Source: Piromyces finnis finn (lineage: Eukaryota; Fungi; Neocallimastigomycota). From it: 64,000 nt of DNA. This document shows positions 15,912-31,117 of this stretch, piece after piece. The notes under the pieces were generated by a model. It saw only the letters and a program-made list of their open reading frames with translations, ran no database searches and had not been told where the DNA came from. The stretch covers positions 186,001-250,000 of the forward strand of contig MCFH01000010.1 in the NCBI GenBank assembly GCA_002104945.1, in the 5' to 3' direction. Numbering within the stretch: the stretch's first letter is position 1; the number at the start of each line of letters is the position of its first letter. The position numbers and the translations under genes were made by a program.

Positions 15912-16726
15912 ATGGAAAGGTAATATATAAAAATATATATTATTTTATCATATCAATGTATTAAGAGATATTAAATAATAAAATTAAAGATTTGTTTCAA
16001 GAGAAATTTTGGATGAGAGTAAACCTAATTATGGTGAAGTTCAAAAGCAAGTTTCTTCAGAACCATATGGTATTATTTTTATTTAATAATTTTATTTTAT
16101 GCATACATTGTTATTACTATTATTTATATTTTTTCCCTTATTAGTTTGAATTAATTTCTTATAAAAAAATATAAAATTTTAAATAAAAAGATCCAAGACC
16201 TTTATATCAAAGATTGGCAGAAAAAAAGAGAAAAGAAGAAGATGAATTATTGGAAAAAAATAAATTAAGTAATTTTATATATCAAATGAATAATGATGAA
16301 TATGATTTTTTAAATAATGTAAAAGAAGAAGAAAATTTAAAATACCAACAATTAAAAGAAGAAGAAAAAAAGGAAGTTGAGAAATTTAGAAAAGATGTTG
16401 AATCAAGTAATTTAAAAACGCCATATCTAGATTCTTTATTAAAAGAGACATCAAAAGACAATAAAGAAATTGATAAAGATAAGAAGATACCATCAAAAGT
16501 TAAATCTTTTCAAAAGAATTTATTAGAAAATATTATTGTTAAAAAGAAGAGAGATAGACCTTCAGAAAAAGATAAAGACGATAAAGTCAATATAAAAAGG
16601 CCTAAAAATTCTACAACTAATGAAAAGTCAGAAGAAATAGAAAAAGTAAATGATGATACAAAATCTTCAGCTTTATCATTATTAGCAAGTTATTCGGATT
16701 CAGACTCAGAAAATGAATCAGAATAA
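15912..16726 (+). CDS. FAM192A: FAM192A / PSME3-interacting protein (NIP30, Fyv6-like); 3 exons (15912-15919, 15990-16069, 16191-16726)
   Basis: Spliced product MERFVSREILDE...EPYDPRPLYQRLAEKKRKEEDELLEKNKLSNFIYQMNNDEYDFLNNVKEEE matches the NIP30 N-terminal pattern (DPRsLyerL...K..EE..kfkN.i..l..dE..FL). C-terminal LSLLASYSDSDSE. Confidence 0.8.
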
Positions 16727-17166
16727 ATTGTGATGTTATAATTATATTATAATTGTCATTATTATATACCTGTAAATTTATTAAATATTTAAATTTTTTT
16801 AATTTATAAATGCCAAATAAATAATTAGAAAAATGAAATTTATGTATTACTATTAAATATCATGTATTTTACTCGTAAATATAAATATTTACAATCTATT
16901 ATTAGTTTGATTTAATAATAATAAAGTAATAATTTAATAAGCTTTATTGAATAATATTATTCATTAATTTTTTATTAATATAATTGAGAAAATAGTAGTA
17001 CAATTCATATAATTTTTAGAATATAAATAACATTAATATTCTAAAATTTATAAGTTGTAATTGGCCACCAGTTATTTCTATATTTATTTAATATTAATAA
17101 AAAAATTTTTTTTATTATTATTAAAAAATTCTATATTTTACCAAGTTAACTATATTTTAATATTCA

Positions 17167-17369
17167 ATGGAAAAAGATAATGATATAGAGATAATTAATA
17201 ATTCTAATGATAGTAAAAATAAAAAAAATAATAATACTAGAAATATTGATAACCCAATCTTTTGTCCTATTTGTAACAATAATTTATCAGGTTTCTCAGA
17301 AAATGTAATATCTATGATAAAATTATAAAATTAAAAAATAAAATTATTATTATATGATTCATATTATTA

Positions 17370-17400
<31 letters not shown>

Positions 17401-20400
17401 TTAAAATAATAACAATAGTTGTTGTTGCTATTATAGTAATAAAACATAAAAATTCAATTAACAATAATTAATTTTATAAATACATAATATTATAAAGGTT
17501 ATACAATCACATGTTAACAGATGTCTTGATGGACCAACATTAATTCAAAAAAGAAATTATTTTTCAAATAAAGTTCAAAGTTCTATTACTTCTTATATTA
17601 ATGTATCTAGTCCGACTAAAAAGTATATGAATTCAATTATTAAAACTTCTTACGAAAGTGATAGTAAAATTGAAAAAGATTCAAAATACTTTAATAAATC
17701 ATCAAAAAAAGACAGTAATATACAAAAAAATAAAAGTATTCCAAAATTAAAATCATTTAATGAAAATTTAATTAAAAATGATATTTCAAAAAATAGTAAT
17801 AAATCATTAACAAATACAAAATCAAATAACGAAATTTCAACTAGAAATTCAAATGTATTGCTTTCTGATATTGAGGGTGAAAATATATTCCTTGAAAAAA
17901 GTAGTTTACTGGAAAAATCTTCAGAAGTAACCAACAATATCTCAATATTAAATACTAAAACTTCTACTGTAATGAAAAATAAATATCTAAATAAAAATCA
18001 TATTTTTGACGAAAAAAACAATAATAGCAAATTAAATATACCAACTGAAAACATATTAAATATAGAAAAGGATAAAAAAAAGTATTCTGAAATAAGTATT
18101 CCTTTAATATTAGAAGATATCAGTAATTCCGAAGAAGAAAAAGAAGAAAGGTGTAATAATGAAGAAAAAAATGAAAAGATGAAGGTGAACTACTCTGAAA
18201 AATATATACCCTTTATTATAGAAGATATTGATGATTGTGAAAAAGATAAAAATAATATTGATGAAAAAAAAGATAAAATGAATAAGCATAATAATAATGA
18301 ATCAGATTTTCCATTTAATATGGAAAGCATCGTAAATAATGAAACTGTTATGTCATTTGATTTTGATGATACAATAAATAATGATTTTGATAATCAAAAT
18401 ACAATAAATGATGTTAAACTCGAAAGAAGTAATAGTGATATTCCAATTAATGATTTAAGTATTAAAGAACATAAGGATTTATCTGATCATAGCAACAAAA
18501 ATTCTGATGAAAATAAAAAAAGGAAAAGAAAAGAAAAACCACCAAAAAGCACAAGAAAAAGAAAATTGTGTCCATACTTTAAAAAAGTCCAAAGTATATG
18601 TTCCTATTATATATTAATTTAATAATATTTTTCTTATTTATTTAAAATAAAGTTAGAATGGGTTATTTTTATAGTTAAAATGATAATTTAAAAAGTATTA
18701 ATAATTAATTTAATTAAATATTAAATAGATACAACATTTGTTGTTGATGCATTTACATATGGAAAAATTGAAAATTGTACTTCATATTTTTTAAGGTATT
18801 TATTATTATTAATTACTTATTTAAGCAATTAATTTACTTTTAACATTATTGATTTATTATGCTAAATAAAGAATTATATAAAGTCATTTTCATTCAGATC
18901 ATTATGGTGGAATTACTAAAAAATATGATTATGGACCAATTTATTGTTCTAAAGTAACAGCAAACTTATTAATTGAACTTATAGGCGTTAATGAACAATT
19001 TGTACATCCACTCGAATTAGATAAAGAATATATTATTGAAGGTGTTAAAGTAACTTTAATTGATGCGAATCAGTAAGTTAAATAAGTAATAGTAGTAGTA
19101 ATAAGAATAAGAATAAGAATAAGAATAAGAATAAGAATAAGAATAAGAATAAGAATAAGAATAAGAATAAGAATAAGAATAAGAATAAGAATAAGAATAA
19201 GAATAAGAATAAGAATAAGAATAAGAATAAGAATAAGAATAAGAATAAGAATAAGAATAAGAATAAGAATAAGAATAAAAAAAAAAAATAAAAATTTTCT
19301 AAAATCAAATATACATATTATAATTGTTTAATTATTAAATGTCAAATGTTTTAGTTGTCCAGGCGCAGTGATATTTTTATTTAGTGTACCTATTGGAAAT
19401 AACCAATATTTTAATGCACTCCATACAGGTATAAAAATAAATATTATACGTGAATTTAAAAAAATTGCTTTACTTAAAACAATTTTAAATAATAATATAA
19501 ATATTTTTAAAAATAAGGTGATTTTCGAGCAAACAATAATCAATTAATGCATCCAGCAATACAAGGATTAAAAAATTCATTTTTAGATATTTTATATTTG
19601 GATACAACTTACTTACAACCTGAACATATTTTCCCCTCACAAGAAGTAGTCATTAATTCAGTATTAGATGTACTAAAAAATATTGTTTTTGAAGGGAAAA
19701 CAATAAAAGAATATAATAATATAGAAAAAAAGAGAAAACTAAATAATGAATATAAAGGTGGATTATTACGATATTTTAACCACGGAAAAAATGATAAAGA
19801 TGATAATATAATCAACTGTGAAATTAATGAAAATATAAATACCCAATATATAAATAACAACGTTTATAACAAAAAAAAAGTTCTTGTTTTAGTTGGAACT
19901 TATTTAATTGGAAAAGAAAAAGTTTTTGTTAGTATTGCTAAATATTTAAAAAGTAAGATTTATGCATCGAATAAAAAAAAGAAAATTTTAGAGTGTTTAA
20001 ATGATGAAACAATATCAAATTTACTAACTTCAAATCCTGACGAAGCAAATGTTCATGTGTTAAATATGGGGCAATTAGGAATAGAAAGTGTAAATAATTA
20101 TTATAATATATACAAAGATAAATATGACATGGTTATAGCATTTAGGCCAACTGGATGGGTTTTCAAACCAAAAAAATCAAGTAAAAGACAATTAGAACCT
20201 GATAGTAAGAAAATTTTAGAAGAAGTAAATAATTTAAAATTAAAGCCAACATATTATAATAGAAATATATCAATTTGGGGGATTCCATATTCTGAACATA
20301 GTAGTTACTTAGAACTTGAAAATTTCATTCGGGTTTTAAGTTCCTTAGCACAAATAAGAAATATTCAGCCTACTGTCAATGTAAAAAGCTTCTCTAAGCA

Positions 20401-20467
20401 AAATGAAGAATGTAAAAAATATTGGTATTGGTTTGATACCTGGAGACAAAATCCTATATACATGTAA
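17167..20467 (+). CDS. PSO2: DNA cross-link repair nuclease PSO2/SNM1 (DCLRE1A family): UBZ4 zinc finger, MBL-fold and beta-CASP domains
   Basis: Spliced motifs CPICNN...HVNRCLD (UBZ4), VVDAFTYG, YFLSHFHSDHYGG, LIDANHCPGA, LHTGDFR, LYLDTTY, GTYLIGKEKV, FRPTGW, IPYSEHSSYLEL. Confidence 0.93.
19100..19278. repeat. (AATAAG)n microsatellite inside a PSO2 intron
   Basis: About 30 perfect units just downstream of the GTAAGT donor at 19073. Confidence 0.95.
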
Positions 20468-21169
20468 TTATTTTAAAACAATATTTATTTATTATACCCA
20501 ATTTTAAATTCTTTGATACTTGTTTATAAATAATAACCATAATAAAATTTTTTAATCATGTGAATAAAATTTCAAATAATAATTTTTATAATAATTCTAA
20601 CATATAAATTAATTAATTTTATTTTGTTTCATTTTTTATGTAATGTGGATAATTTATTTAGAAATTTTATATAATTTTTATCAATAATATTTAAAAAGAA
20701 AAAAATTGTTTTTCTTTTTTTATATATATATACTTTTCTTTTATTTTAGTAGTTTAAAATTACGAAAAAATAAAATGATGAAATGTGTTATAAAATGTTG
20801 TTATTATTAAAATTCATATTTTATAAAATACATTTTGTTAAATTATTACCAAAATAAATAATTGAAAAATTTTATTAAATCCAAATATATGAATATATCA
20901 TTAATTTTAACTATTAATTACATCCAATAAAATTCAACCACTATATAAAGATGTAAATTTAATTATTTTAGAGCATTTTACTTAATATCAATTAATATAT
21001 TAAAAACTTTTAAAATAAATAATAAAAAATATAAAGATATATAAAGATAGAATTAACAAATTTTAATTTTAAATATTAATAAAAATAAGTAAGTTATATT
21101 TAATAAAAACTATTGAAAAACTAATTAAGCTAATAATCTTTTTGCATATTACTTATATATAATAAGGAA

Positions 21170-22094
21170 ATGTTACAGCCTTTATTAGATAATTTATTTT
21201 CAGGAAAATCTCCTCGTGAGGTAGTATAAATTAAAAAAATAGCATTATTAATTTAACATTAATATTATAAAACAAAGTTCAATTAATATGTTATTATAAT
21301 TTAAAAAAGATTGCACATCAAATATTAAATATTTTCATGATTGTAACTTCTGCATTCATGAGTTGGAAAGCATTAGCACTTATAACAAATAGTGAAAGTC
21401 CAATTGTAGTCGTTTTAAGGTAAATTTTGGTATAATATAAAAATTAATAAAAATAAAAATAAGTATAATTAACAATAAATTTAAATTTATATTATACGTT
21501 ATTAAAAATTATATACTTGTATCTTGTATAGTGAAAGTATGGAACCAGCTTTTCAACGTGGTGATTTATTATTTTTAACATTACCAAGACAAGAACCATT
21601 CATTGTTGGTGATATTGTGGTATATAAAATTAAAGGACAAGAAATTCCAATTGTTCACAGAATCTTAAAAATTCATAAAAAGTAATTTTAATTTTTATAT
21701 AAAAAATACTAATGAAACTAAATAAGTATTAATTCATTAAATAATTATAATTTAAATAATTTAAATATTCATATATAAGTGAGGAAGATGGAGAAGATTA
21801 TATATTAACAAAGGGGGATAATAACAATATTGATGATAGAGCATTATATAACAAAGATCAATTATGGATTAAAAAGTCAGATATCATTGGAAAGGTTAAA
21901 GGGTATATAAAAAAAATTTTTTTTCATTTACTTATTTCATCAAGAAAAGTAAACTAACATATATTTTATATTATATTAGATATTTACCATATATTGGATA
22001 TGTTACTATTGTAATGTCAGATTATCCAAAATTAAAATATCTATTATTAGGTGTTTTAACAATATTAATGTTCTTTGAAAAAGAAGAAAAATAA
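21170..22094 (+). CDS. SEC11: Signal peptidase complex catalytic subunit SEC11, copy 1; 5 exons
   Basis: [17 protein letters not shown]|IAHQILN...[10 protein letters not shown]|[15 protein letters not shown]...IPIVHR...[15 protein letters not shown]...IGKVKG|[10 protein letters not shown]. Catalytic Ser, His and Asp are present. Confidence 0.93.
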
Positions 22095-22511
22095 ATTAAT
22101 TGTTTAAATCATTTTTATTAATATATAAAATAACACAATGAAAAAATAAATAAAATAAAAGAAAGAAAGAAAAGGAAAAAAAAAAAAGAAAGAAAGAAAA
22201 GAAAACTTAAGAAATATGTTATACTCTAAAAGAAATTTATAAGCACATATGATAAGTCATATTATAAAAAAAATAAATAAATAAAATAAAATGAAATAAA
22301 AATAAAAAAAATAAAATAAAAAAACTATAAAAATGTTTAATCCTGTTTTAATTTTATTACTATTTTAAAAGTTTTATTGAAAGGATAATAAATTAATTAA
22401 AATATACACTTTATTACAAAAAAATTGACTATAGAGTATTTTAAATATAAATTGTTTTCTATAAAATTTTCTATGACATGACATGTATTAAAACATATTA
22501 CAACTTTATAA

Positions 22512-23757
22512 TTAATCCCACCAAGAAGTAAGGCCAAGTCCTTGTTGGGTAATAGTTCCCTATTGATTTAATATTTAATAATTTGTTAATATATTTTTAA
22601 AGTATGTATATTATTAAATTTATTAGACAAATACTTACTATAATTGAATATGGTACTACTAATTCAGATTCAGCAGATTCATTTAATTGTTTTGTTGATT
22701 CTTGAGAATCTTGTCCAAAAGGTTTCTTTTTTGACATTGGTCCAGTATCAACAAAAAGTTCTGTTAATACTTGGAATCTTATTTCTTCATTCTTATCTAT
22801 ATATAATTTATCAGTTTCGTTAAAATTCCATATCCAAACATTTTGAGCTTTATCACTATAAGCATAATAAATTATTAATGTAAATAATAATCATTAGTAA
22901 TAAAGTATCTTTATGGATAAACAATAATATAAGAATATAAATTGTTTGTTATATTGAAATTCTTTGATAAATATAAATTCTTCTTACAATGTTGTATCAG
23001 GTGTTAATTGTGAAGCTGGTATAGTTATATCATCAAAGAATCCCATTGATACTATTTATAATTTTCAAAAATAAAATTGAAATTAAAATTAATTTTTTGA
23101 AAATTGTATTTCTTTTTAAAACAAGTATATTATTGTATCATAATAATTTCATTAACTAATTGTCCTTTTCTAATACCCTTGATGCCTTTTTCAGATGAAT
23201 TACTGACTTTTCCTATTAAAGTTTCACCAATGAAAGGTCTAAATACAATCATCTTAAAAGTAACTTATAATATATTTTTCAAAAAAAAAAAAAAAATTAA
23301 AATTTGATTATTCAATAAAATAATTAAATTACATTTTGTATACCTTTTACTGTATAACCTCCATCTTTGCAAGGTAATACAACGCCCTCGGAAACTTCAA
23401 CTAAATCTAATAATTCAATGCATAAACCTACATTATGTAAAACCTTTTTATAATAAAAGTTTAATTAGTTTATATATAGATAAATATATAAATGGATAAA
23501 TTCACTTTATTATGTGCATTTTAATATAAAAATTATTCCATTCTAAAATTCTTAATATTAAAACATGAAAATGATTTTTAAATTTGAAATTTGATTCATA
23601 AAAATTTATATAGTTTACTATCATACTAATTTTAAGCTTTTCTTACTTTATTTGAATATTTATGATTAATTTCATCGATAATAGCCTCATTTCTGTTTTT
23701 ATAAAAATATCTAGGCAATATTTTTACAGTATCTTTAATAGTTGTTACCATAAACAT
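22512..23757 (-). CDS. RPC25: RNA polymerase III subunit RPC25 (RPC8/POLR3H), multi-exon
   Basis: MFMVTTIKDTVKILP...INHKYSNK|VLHNVGLCI...VFRPFIGETLIGKV...MGFFDDITIP...WIWNF...EEIRFQV...QQGLGLTSWWD*. Confidence 0.92.
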
Positions 23758-24595
23758 TTTGTATGATTTATATATAACAATAAATTTTTTAATAAGTTTT
23801 TTTTTTTTTTACTAAAAAAATTAATCGTTTTTTCTATTATACCTCCATACCCAATCAAAAAAAAAATATGCTATATAATAATTTCATTATATACAGAAAA
23901 TACTTATATATAATAAATTATATATATTAAATTTTAAATAAATATAATATTTATCTATATCCTTTCTTCTTATTTTTAAACCTTTTTTTGTTTTATATTT
24001 TATAAAATATTTAAAATTCTTTTATTATTATTATTATTATTTTTTAATAAATACATATAAATTCTTTATTTTTTTTTTATTTTTATATAAATTATTTTTA
24101 AAAGACACATATGATAATATATATATAACATTATTACTAGTAAATAATAACAATAAATAGTAATATAGGAATTTTAGAAATTTTTTATTCTAATAAAATT
24201 CAAATTTCATGGAATAAAAATTTAACAAGAAATTATTATATAAATAGCATATTCATCTTTTGTATATAAAGGTATAAATATTTTCAATTATAGATTTTCC
24301 TATTATTTATAATAAATTAATGTTCATATATATATTATAATTTAATATTGTATTTAAATGTATAATACACTTATATAATTAAAATAATATAACCTAATTC
24401 TTTGTAATATTATTAATATTATTTTATATATTATAAATCACATATAACTTTTTTTTTATATGATTTTATATAATAAATGCATTATATTATATTAATAGCA
24501 ATTAATAATAACATTATTGTTATTATTATTCATTTTGCGAACTTTAAATAATAAATCATTATCTTAAAGTTAATTAATAATAAATAGAATAAATA

Positions 24596-27500
24596 ATGCA
24601 ACAACAACCAACACAACCTCAACGGCGTTTACAAAGCGCATTTCAAAATGAATATGGAAACAAAAATCAAGTACTTATATATTATATTCAAAAACTTAAA
24701 AATATCATAGGAAAAATAATTGTATTAAACTAATTCTTTTTTATTTTCATTATTATTGCAAAATATTATAGAAACGAACAGGTAAAAAAATTTTATGTTA
24801 AAAGTATATTCAAAAAAAAAAAAAAAACTCATAAGAATTACAGGAACATCAATATAAATATAATTTACTTAAAAAAGATATAATTTAATAAAATAATAAA
24901 ATTTCTTTAAATTATAAATCTATGAAAAAAAGGTAATGGACCACCATCCCAATACCAAAGAGGAGCTAATAATAAAAAAAAGATATTCAAGAAAAAACAA
25001 TTTAATAATCCACATTACAATCAATCAGAAAAAAATACAGATAGTTTTCCTTCATATAAGGGAAAAGGGCCACGTCCAAAATTTTTTCCAAATAAAACTT
25101 TAATTAATAAAAGTAATTTATCATTAAAATTTAATCATTACATTTAATATTTAATAATCCTCTTAAATTATATATTATTAATTATGAATTTTTTAAAAAA
25201 AACAATAATTATAAAATAAATGAATAAATAATAAGAAAAAAATTTCAATGGCACAGTTTCAAATAACAAAAATGAAATTGAAGAAATAGAATTCAGTTTT
25301 AGAAATGCCCAACCAACAGAAATGAGTAATAATGTTGAAATTGATTTAATCCCAGATATGACAAATTCTGGTTCTATACAAAATAAGTAAGAAAATTATA
25401 GCAATATAGTATATATATATATATATAACATTAAACTAATATAATTAAATTATAGTATTTCTGAAAAAGAATTGCGAGAACAGCGTTTTAGTTCAAATCC
25501 ATTTGGTGCCCAATATTTTAATGTATATTTTTATTAATTATTTATACTTTATTGCATTTCTGAAATAGAATAAAAATAGTAATCGTATTATTGTTATTAT
25601 TATTATTATTATTATTATTGAAATTTAATAAATATTTTTTTTTGTTATAAATATATATATATTAAGATGAAAAAAAAAAGAGAATATCTTAGAAAAGAAT
25701 ATATAAGTAAAGGACTAATCGATGATCCAAAAAAACCCCGAAAACTTGAAGATGCTATTCCATTCGTTGGTGATTGTCAAGATATGTGTCCAGAGTTTGA
25801 AAGATATGAAAGAGAGTATCAAAAAAATCTAGATAAATTAGAAATTGTAATATAATATTCACTTTATTTATATATATATTATAACTTTAATATAAATTAT
25901 GATTTTACTTAAAATAAAATTACATTAAATTAATGTAAATATATACATATATTAAAGGTATATATTTTATACTAAATCAATATTTTCTTTTTATATTATT
26001 AATAACAATATAGAATCAAGAAAATAGTACAGATGAAATCTTTTATGTAGATCATAAAAAAGCTGTCAAAAGATATCAAAGATCTGATGCAGGAAAAGAA
26101 CAACCTTTGCCATGTGATGTTAGACCACCCCCAATTCTAAAAGTATATAATATATTTAATCATAAATAAATATTATAAATGTTAGAAACTAAATATTAAT
26201 ATAATTATAACATAAGAAAACATTAAATTATCTTATAGATGAAATTATTATGAAGCATGGTATTGAAGATACACACGGTTTTGTAAGAGATAGAACTAGA
26301 TCTATTCGACAAGATTTTTCTTTACAAAATATAAGAGATAAATCTGCAGTTGATGCTCATGAAAGAATAGCAAGATACCATATTCTTTGTCTTCATCAAT
26401 TATGTGAAAAAGAAGGATTTAGTGTACAACAAGAAAAGGAACAATTATTTAAAGGTATGTAACATAGTAGAGTTTAAAAGAAATTAATTTAAAAAAAAAT
26501 ATTAATTTTCTTATAATTATAACAAAAGTACTTCAAAGTTTACAAGAATTTTATGATGAAGGTCAAGAAAATAACATTAGCTATCCAAATGAAGCAGAAT
26601 TCAGAGCATATTATATTATTTCACATATATTGTAAGTTTATCTAATATTTTAATATATCATTTAATAATTAAATAATTAACACTTAATATGTTTAGTGAT
26701 AATGAAATTATAAGAAAAGCAGAATCATATCCAAAAGAAATCCTGTTCCATCCATATGTTCAATTAGCCCTAGAGTTTCAATTTCTTACAGATGAGGGAA
26801 TATATTCAAGATTATTTAAAAAGATATTTTCAACTGATACACCATATTTAATGGGGTGTTTAATGGAAATTCATTTTAATACCATAAGAAAAAAGGCATT
26901 AATTGCAATGAATTCTGCTATAAAATTTAAAGATAATCGATTACCCCCATATCCAGCGGAAAAATTAAAGAATTTATTAGGATTTGATACTATAGATGAT
27001 TTATTAGATGTATTATATCATTATGGGATTGAAGTGGAATCTAATACTGATAATTATTATGGAATTATATTTGATAAAAAGAAAGATATTATAGGTAAGA
27101 TTTTTCATAACAATAATTAATGAACAAAAATAATAATAAATTACTTAAATATAATTTTAAATTAAATACTTTAAATTATATCTGTATTTTAAATAATAAA
27201 TTATATATAGAACCAGAAGTATCATTAACACAAAAAAGAGTAGAACTCTTAGAAAGGAAAAGAGATAATAAATCAGACAAAGAAATTATAAATAATGGAA
27301 AATTAAATGATATAGATGAGCCACAACCAATGTTTTCATTCAATCAACCGAATATATACAATTCAAATAATTTTAATGCATTTAATAATGAAAATAAAAA
27401 TAATTCAATAGTTGGATTTTCATTTAATAATGCTATTGATAAAATGGAAGATAGTAATATGTCTGACATAAATATGGAGACTAACAGTGAAACTAGTAAA

Positions 27501-30500
27501 CCTAATAATCAGAATTCTTCTATATTTCCAACACCTATTGCTAATAATTCTATATCTAACAAAGATAATAATAACAACAATAATAATAATACTTTCAAAA
27601 GTACACCTTTTGTTTTTAAAAATGATTCAATTAACTCATCTAAAATAGAAGCACCAACATTTTCATTTTCATCAGCTGATAAAAATACTAGCCCAACAAA
27701 TAACACATCATTAAATCAAAAACCAACATTTACCTTTGGTTCAAATAAAACCACTACGATTGAAAATAAATCAGTTGATAATAGCAAAACTGGTCTTTTT
27801 AACACTATTCCAATTCAAGATAAAGATACCACTGTTAAAAAGGAAACTTCTACCGAATTATTTGGTAGTAAATTAAAACAAAATAACACAATTAGTTTTT
27901 CATTCCCAGATAAGTTATCTGATGAAAATAAAAATTCTAAAAAAATAGAAATTAGTAATAATTATAGTAAAAATGAAAATAAAAATTCATTAAATGTTAC
28001 TAATACATCAATACCCGGAACTATTCCATCATTTAATTTTAATGTTAATAGCAAAAATACTAATACAGATAATAAATCATTGTTTTCAAGTATTCCAAAT
28101 CCAGTAGATTCGAATAAAGTATTCAATGTACAAGAGAAATCAACAATAGATTCAATAATAAATAATGAAAAAATTAAAAAAGAATCCGAACAGCAATTTA
28201 TAAATAATGAAATTAAAAGAAAAAAAATAATGCAAACTTTATCTTTTAGAAATCATAATATGAATATTAGACCAAAACTTCCACTTGATGATGCCATTGT
28301 AAAAGAAATGAAAAAAAGAAAAGAGTTAGAAGAAGAATCAAAATTATTATATAATGATCTTATTAAAAGTAATACAGAAAATATCATTAATAAAGCTATA
28401 CAAGAAGAAGCCTTAACTCAATTAATATATTCAGATGTTGTTTTTACACTAATAAAAGAAATACTAGATCGAGAGTTATACATAATTAAAAAAGATAATC
28501 AATTATTAAACAATTATTATGATGCTTTGGATCTAAGTACTAATGATATTATCAGATCAGTTGTTATAAATGAATTTGAAGGTATCATTAAATCAGAATA
28601 CGAGTTACTTTTAAAAAAGCATAATATTAGGAAGTTAGCATCAAAAAAAGCGCAATTAAAAAGACAAAAAGCTTGTTTTGATGAAATAATAAAATATCAA
28701 AGAATGAAACAACTATTCTCAAAATGGAATCATTTAGCAAAATTAAAGATAAATGAAAGAAGAATAAAAGAAGAGAATATTAGAATAAGAAAATTAGAAT
28801 TTGATAATAAAGTAAAACTAGTAGAAATTGGACCCGGGATAAATAATCAAATAAAGAAAAAAAATGAATTTATATTTAAAATTGAACAAAATATTAATAA
28901 TAAAAGTAATATGGTAAGTTTAGAATAATATTCTTGAAAATATATAATATATGTTTATTACTATTATTAATATTAATATTAATATCTTATTATTTAAAAA
29001 TATATCCTATATTTTATTTAATAACAACATCAAAAATAATAATAATTCATTATAAACTATCAATATAAACTAAAGAAAAATAATGATGATGATGGTAATA
29101 ATAATTATTTAGATTATGACTACGAAGAAGAAAATGATAAAAAATTTATATTATCAAAAAAGACGCATATTAATATTAAAGATATTGCTATTAATAGTAT
29201 TAGGAAGCAATCTCTTAAAAATATTAATGATTCTACTATTTATTTAAAAATAATGACTTCCCTTCCAAATAATTCTAGAAAATCAACACTCTGGACAAAC
29301 TCACAATTTAAGATTGGTCCCTTAGAAAATAACATTATTAATCTTTCAAAAGAAAATGAAAATTGTTATTATAGTATTGATGATAATATTCATTTCAGTC
29401 AAAATAAATTAAATAATGAAAAGAATTTAACTATTTTAATTCAAAATATACCATATATAATAGATAATAAAATGGATTGGGACGATAATGATAGTGAAAA
29501 AACCAAAGAAGAAAATAACAATGATAGTTCAATCAATGAATATTATTCAAGTGCAGCTTTTTTCCAACTTTCAGTTTTTAATTTCCAAATATATTCTAAT
29601 CCAGAGGAAGTAGCTAACTATTGGAATAATGAAAGAAAACGATTAGAACTCTTTTTACATAGAATACGAAATTGTTCAAATATACCATTAATTTTATTAT
29701 ACTGGAAACTACCACAACTCAATAGTCAACAATTCGTTGATGATGCTACTTATTATTTAAGACTCAATCAGTTTTTTAATGAATATAATGTTCAACAAAA
29801 TTATCAATTCCTTTCAATTCCATTTAATAATAAAAACATGATAACTTCCACGGATGCATTAAACTTTAATCAATATATCAGTAATATAGGTGTGAATGAT
29901 ACTACTAATAAAGTTGAAAAGTTAAATATTGGCTTGACTTGGTTAATTGAAAACAGTCAAATATACACTCTTTCTTCTCAAGTCATGAAAGAAATTATTC
30001 AAAATAATTTCTACGTTATGTTCCTTAATACCATTCTAAAACCTATAGAAAGTGAAATACCTTATGGTATAGTCCCAATTGAAAATCCAACTTGGTTTAT
30101 TGAAACAGTAAATATGATTATACAATCATATAACTATATTTTAACTGCTATGATTGAATTTCTTTATTCTTCACAAGTTCAATATATTTCCTTGAAAAAA
30201 GAAGAAGAGCATTCATCAAAAGAATATGAAGACACTTCTGAATCTCTTAGTTCATATACGAGTAATAATATACTAGAAGACCAACATTGGTTTATAGTAT
30301 TTGAAACTCTCAAGAATAAAATAAATCAATATCAACTCCCAACCATGGTAAATAACGCTTCTCACAAAATACAAAATGAGGAAACCCTTCTAAAACACTT
30401 TAACTATTATTTGCAATCTATTGATATGTTTAAAAGTCGTCAAAAAAGCATGATCTTTATAGAAATTCAAAAAGTAGTACAATCCTTTATCTTCAATTCT

Positions 30501-31117
30501 AATAGTCATAAATTCCCATATCAAGCTATCTTTAATATAATTGTAAAACAAGCTTTAAACAATCTTCAAGAAGTCTTAAGCGACTATGAAATATATTTCA
30601 TTAAGTACAATATCACACAAAACACAGAAGAAATTAGTTTCTTTGAGAATCTTTTAGAAAGATATAAAAATTCATTATATAAATTATTGAATCAATGGTC
30701 AAATTCAACTCTTTCCCAAATAGAAAATGTATACTTTAATGAACAAAATAAGCGTGTTCGAGACAATATGGAAGATTCCTGGCATGAAATTTCAAAGTAA
30801 GACTCGTTTTTTATAAAGTTTATTTAATAATTTATAAATTGTTATTTATTTTTATAAAACAGTTCCATTTTTAATTAACACTAAAAATATTTTATTAAAT
30901 TTATCCCATATTTGATATTAATAGGAAATATCAACGTACAGAAAATAATAAAAGTAACAGTATTAATAAAGTAATACCACATTATAATTTAAGAAAGAAA
31001 AAAGAAAAAACATCAAAAACTATAAAGGAGACGCCAAAGGATCTAAAAAAGGAACAAAAACTCTTAAAAGACTTAATTAATAGTGTTAAAAAGGAATTTC
31101 CATATCTTAAAAATTAA
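24596..31117 (+). CDS. SAC3: SAC3/GANP (TREX-2 scaffold) mRNA export factor, large multi-exon gene
   Basis: FVGDCQDMCPEFERYERE, AVKRYQRSDAG...DVRPPPIL, HGFVRDRTRSIRQDFSLQN, HERIARYHIL, PNEAEFRAY, ACLM-like MGCLMEIHFNTIRKKAL. The last exon 30925-31117 is inferred by frame-consistent splicing. Confidence 0.88.
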
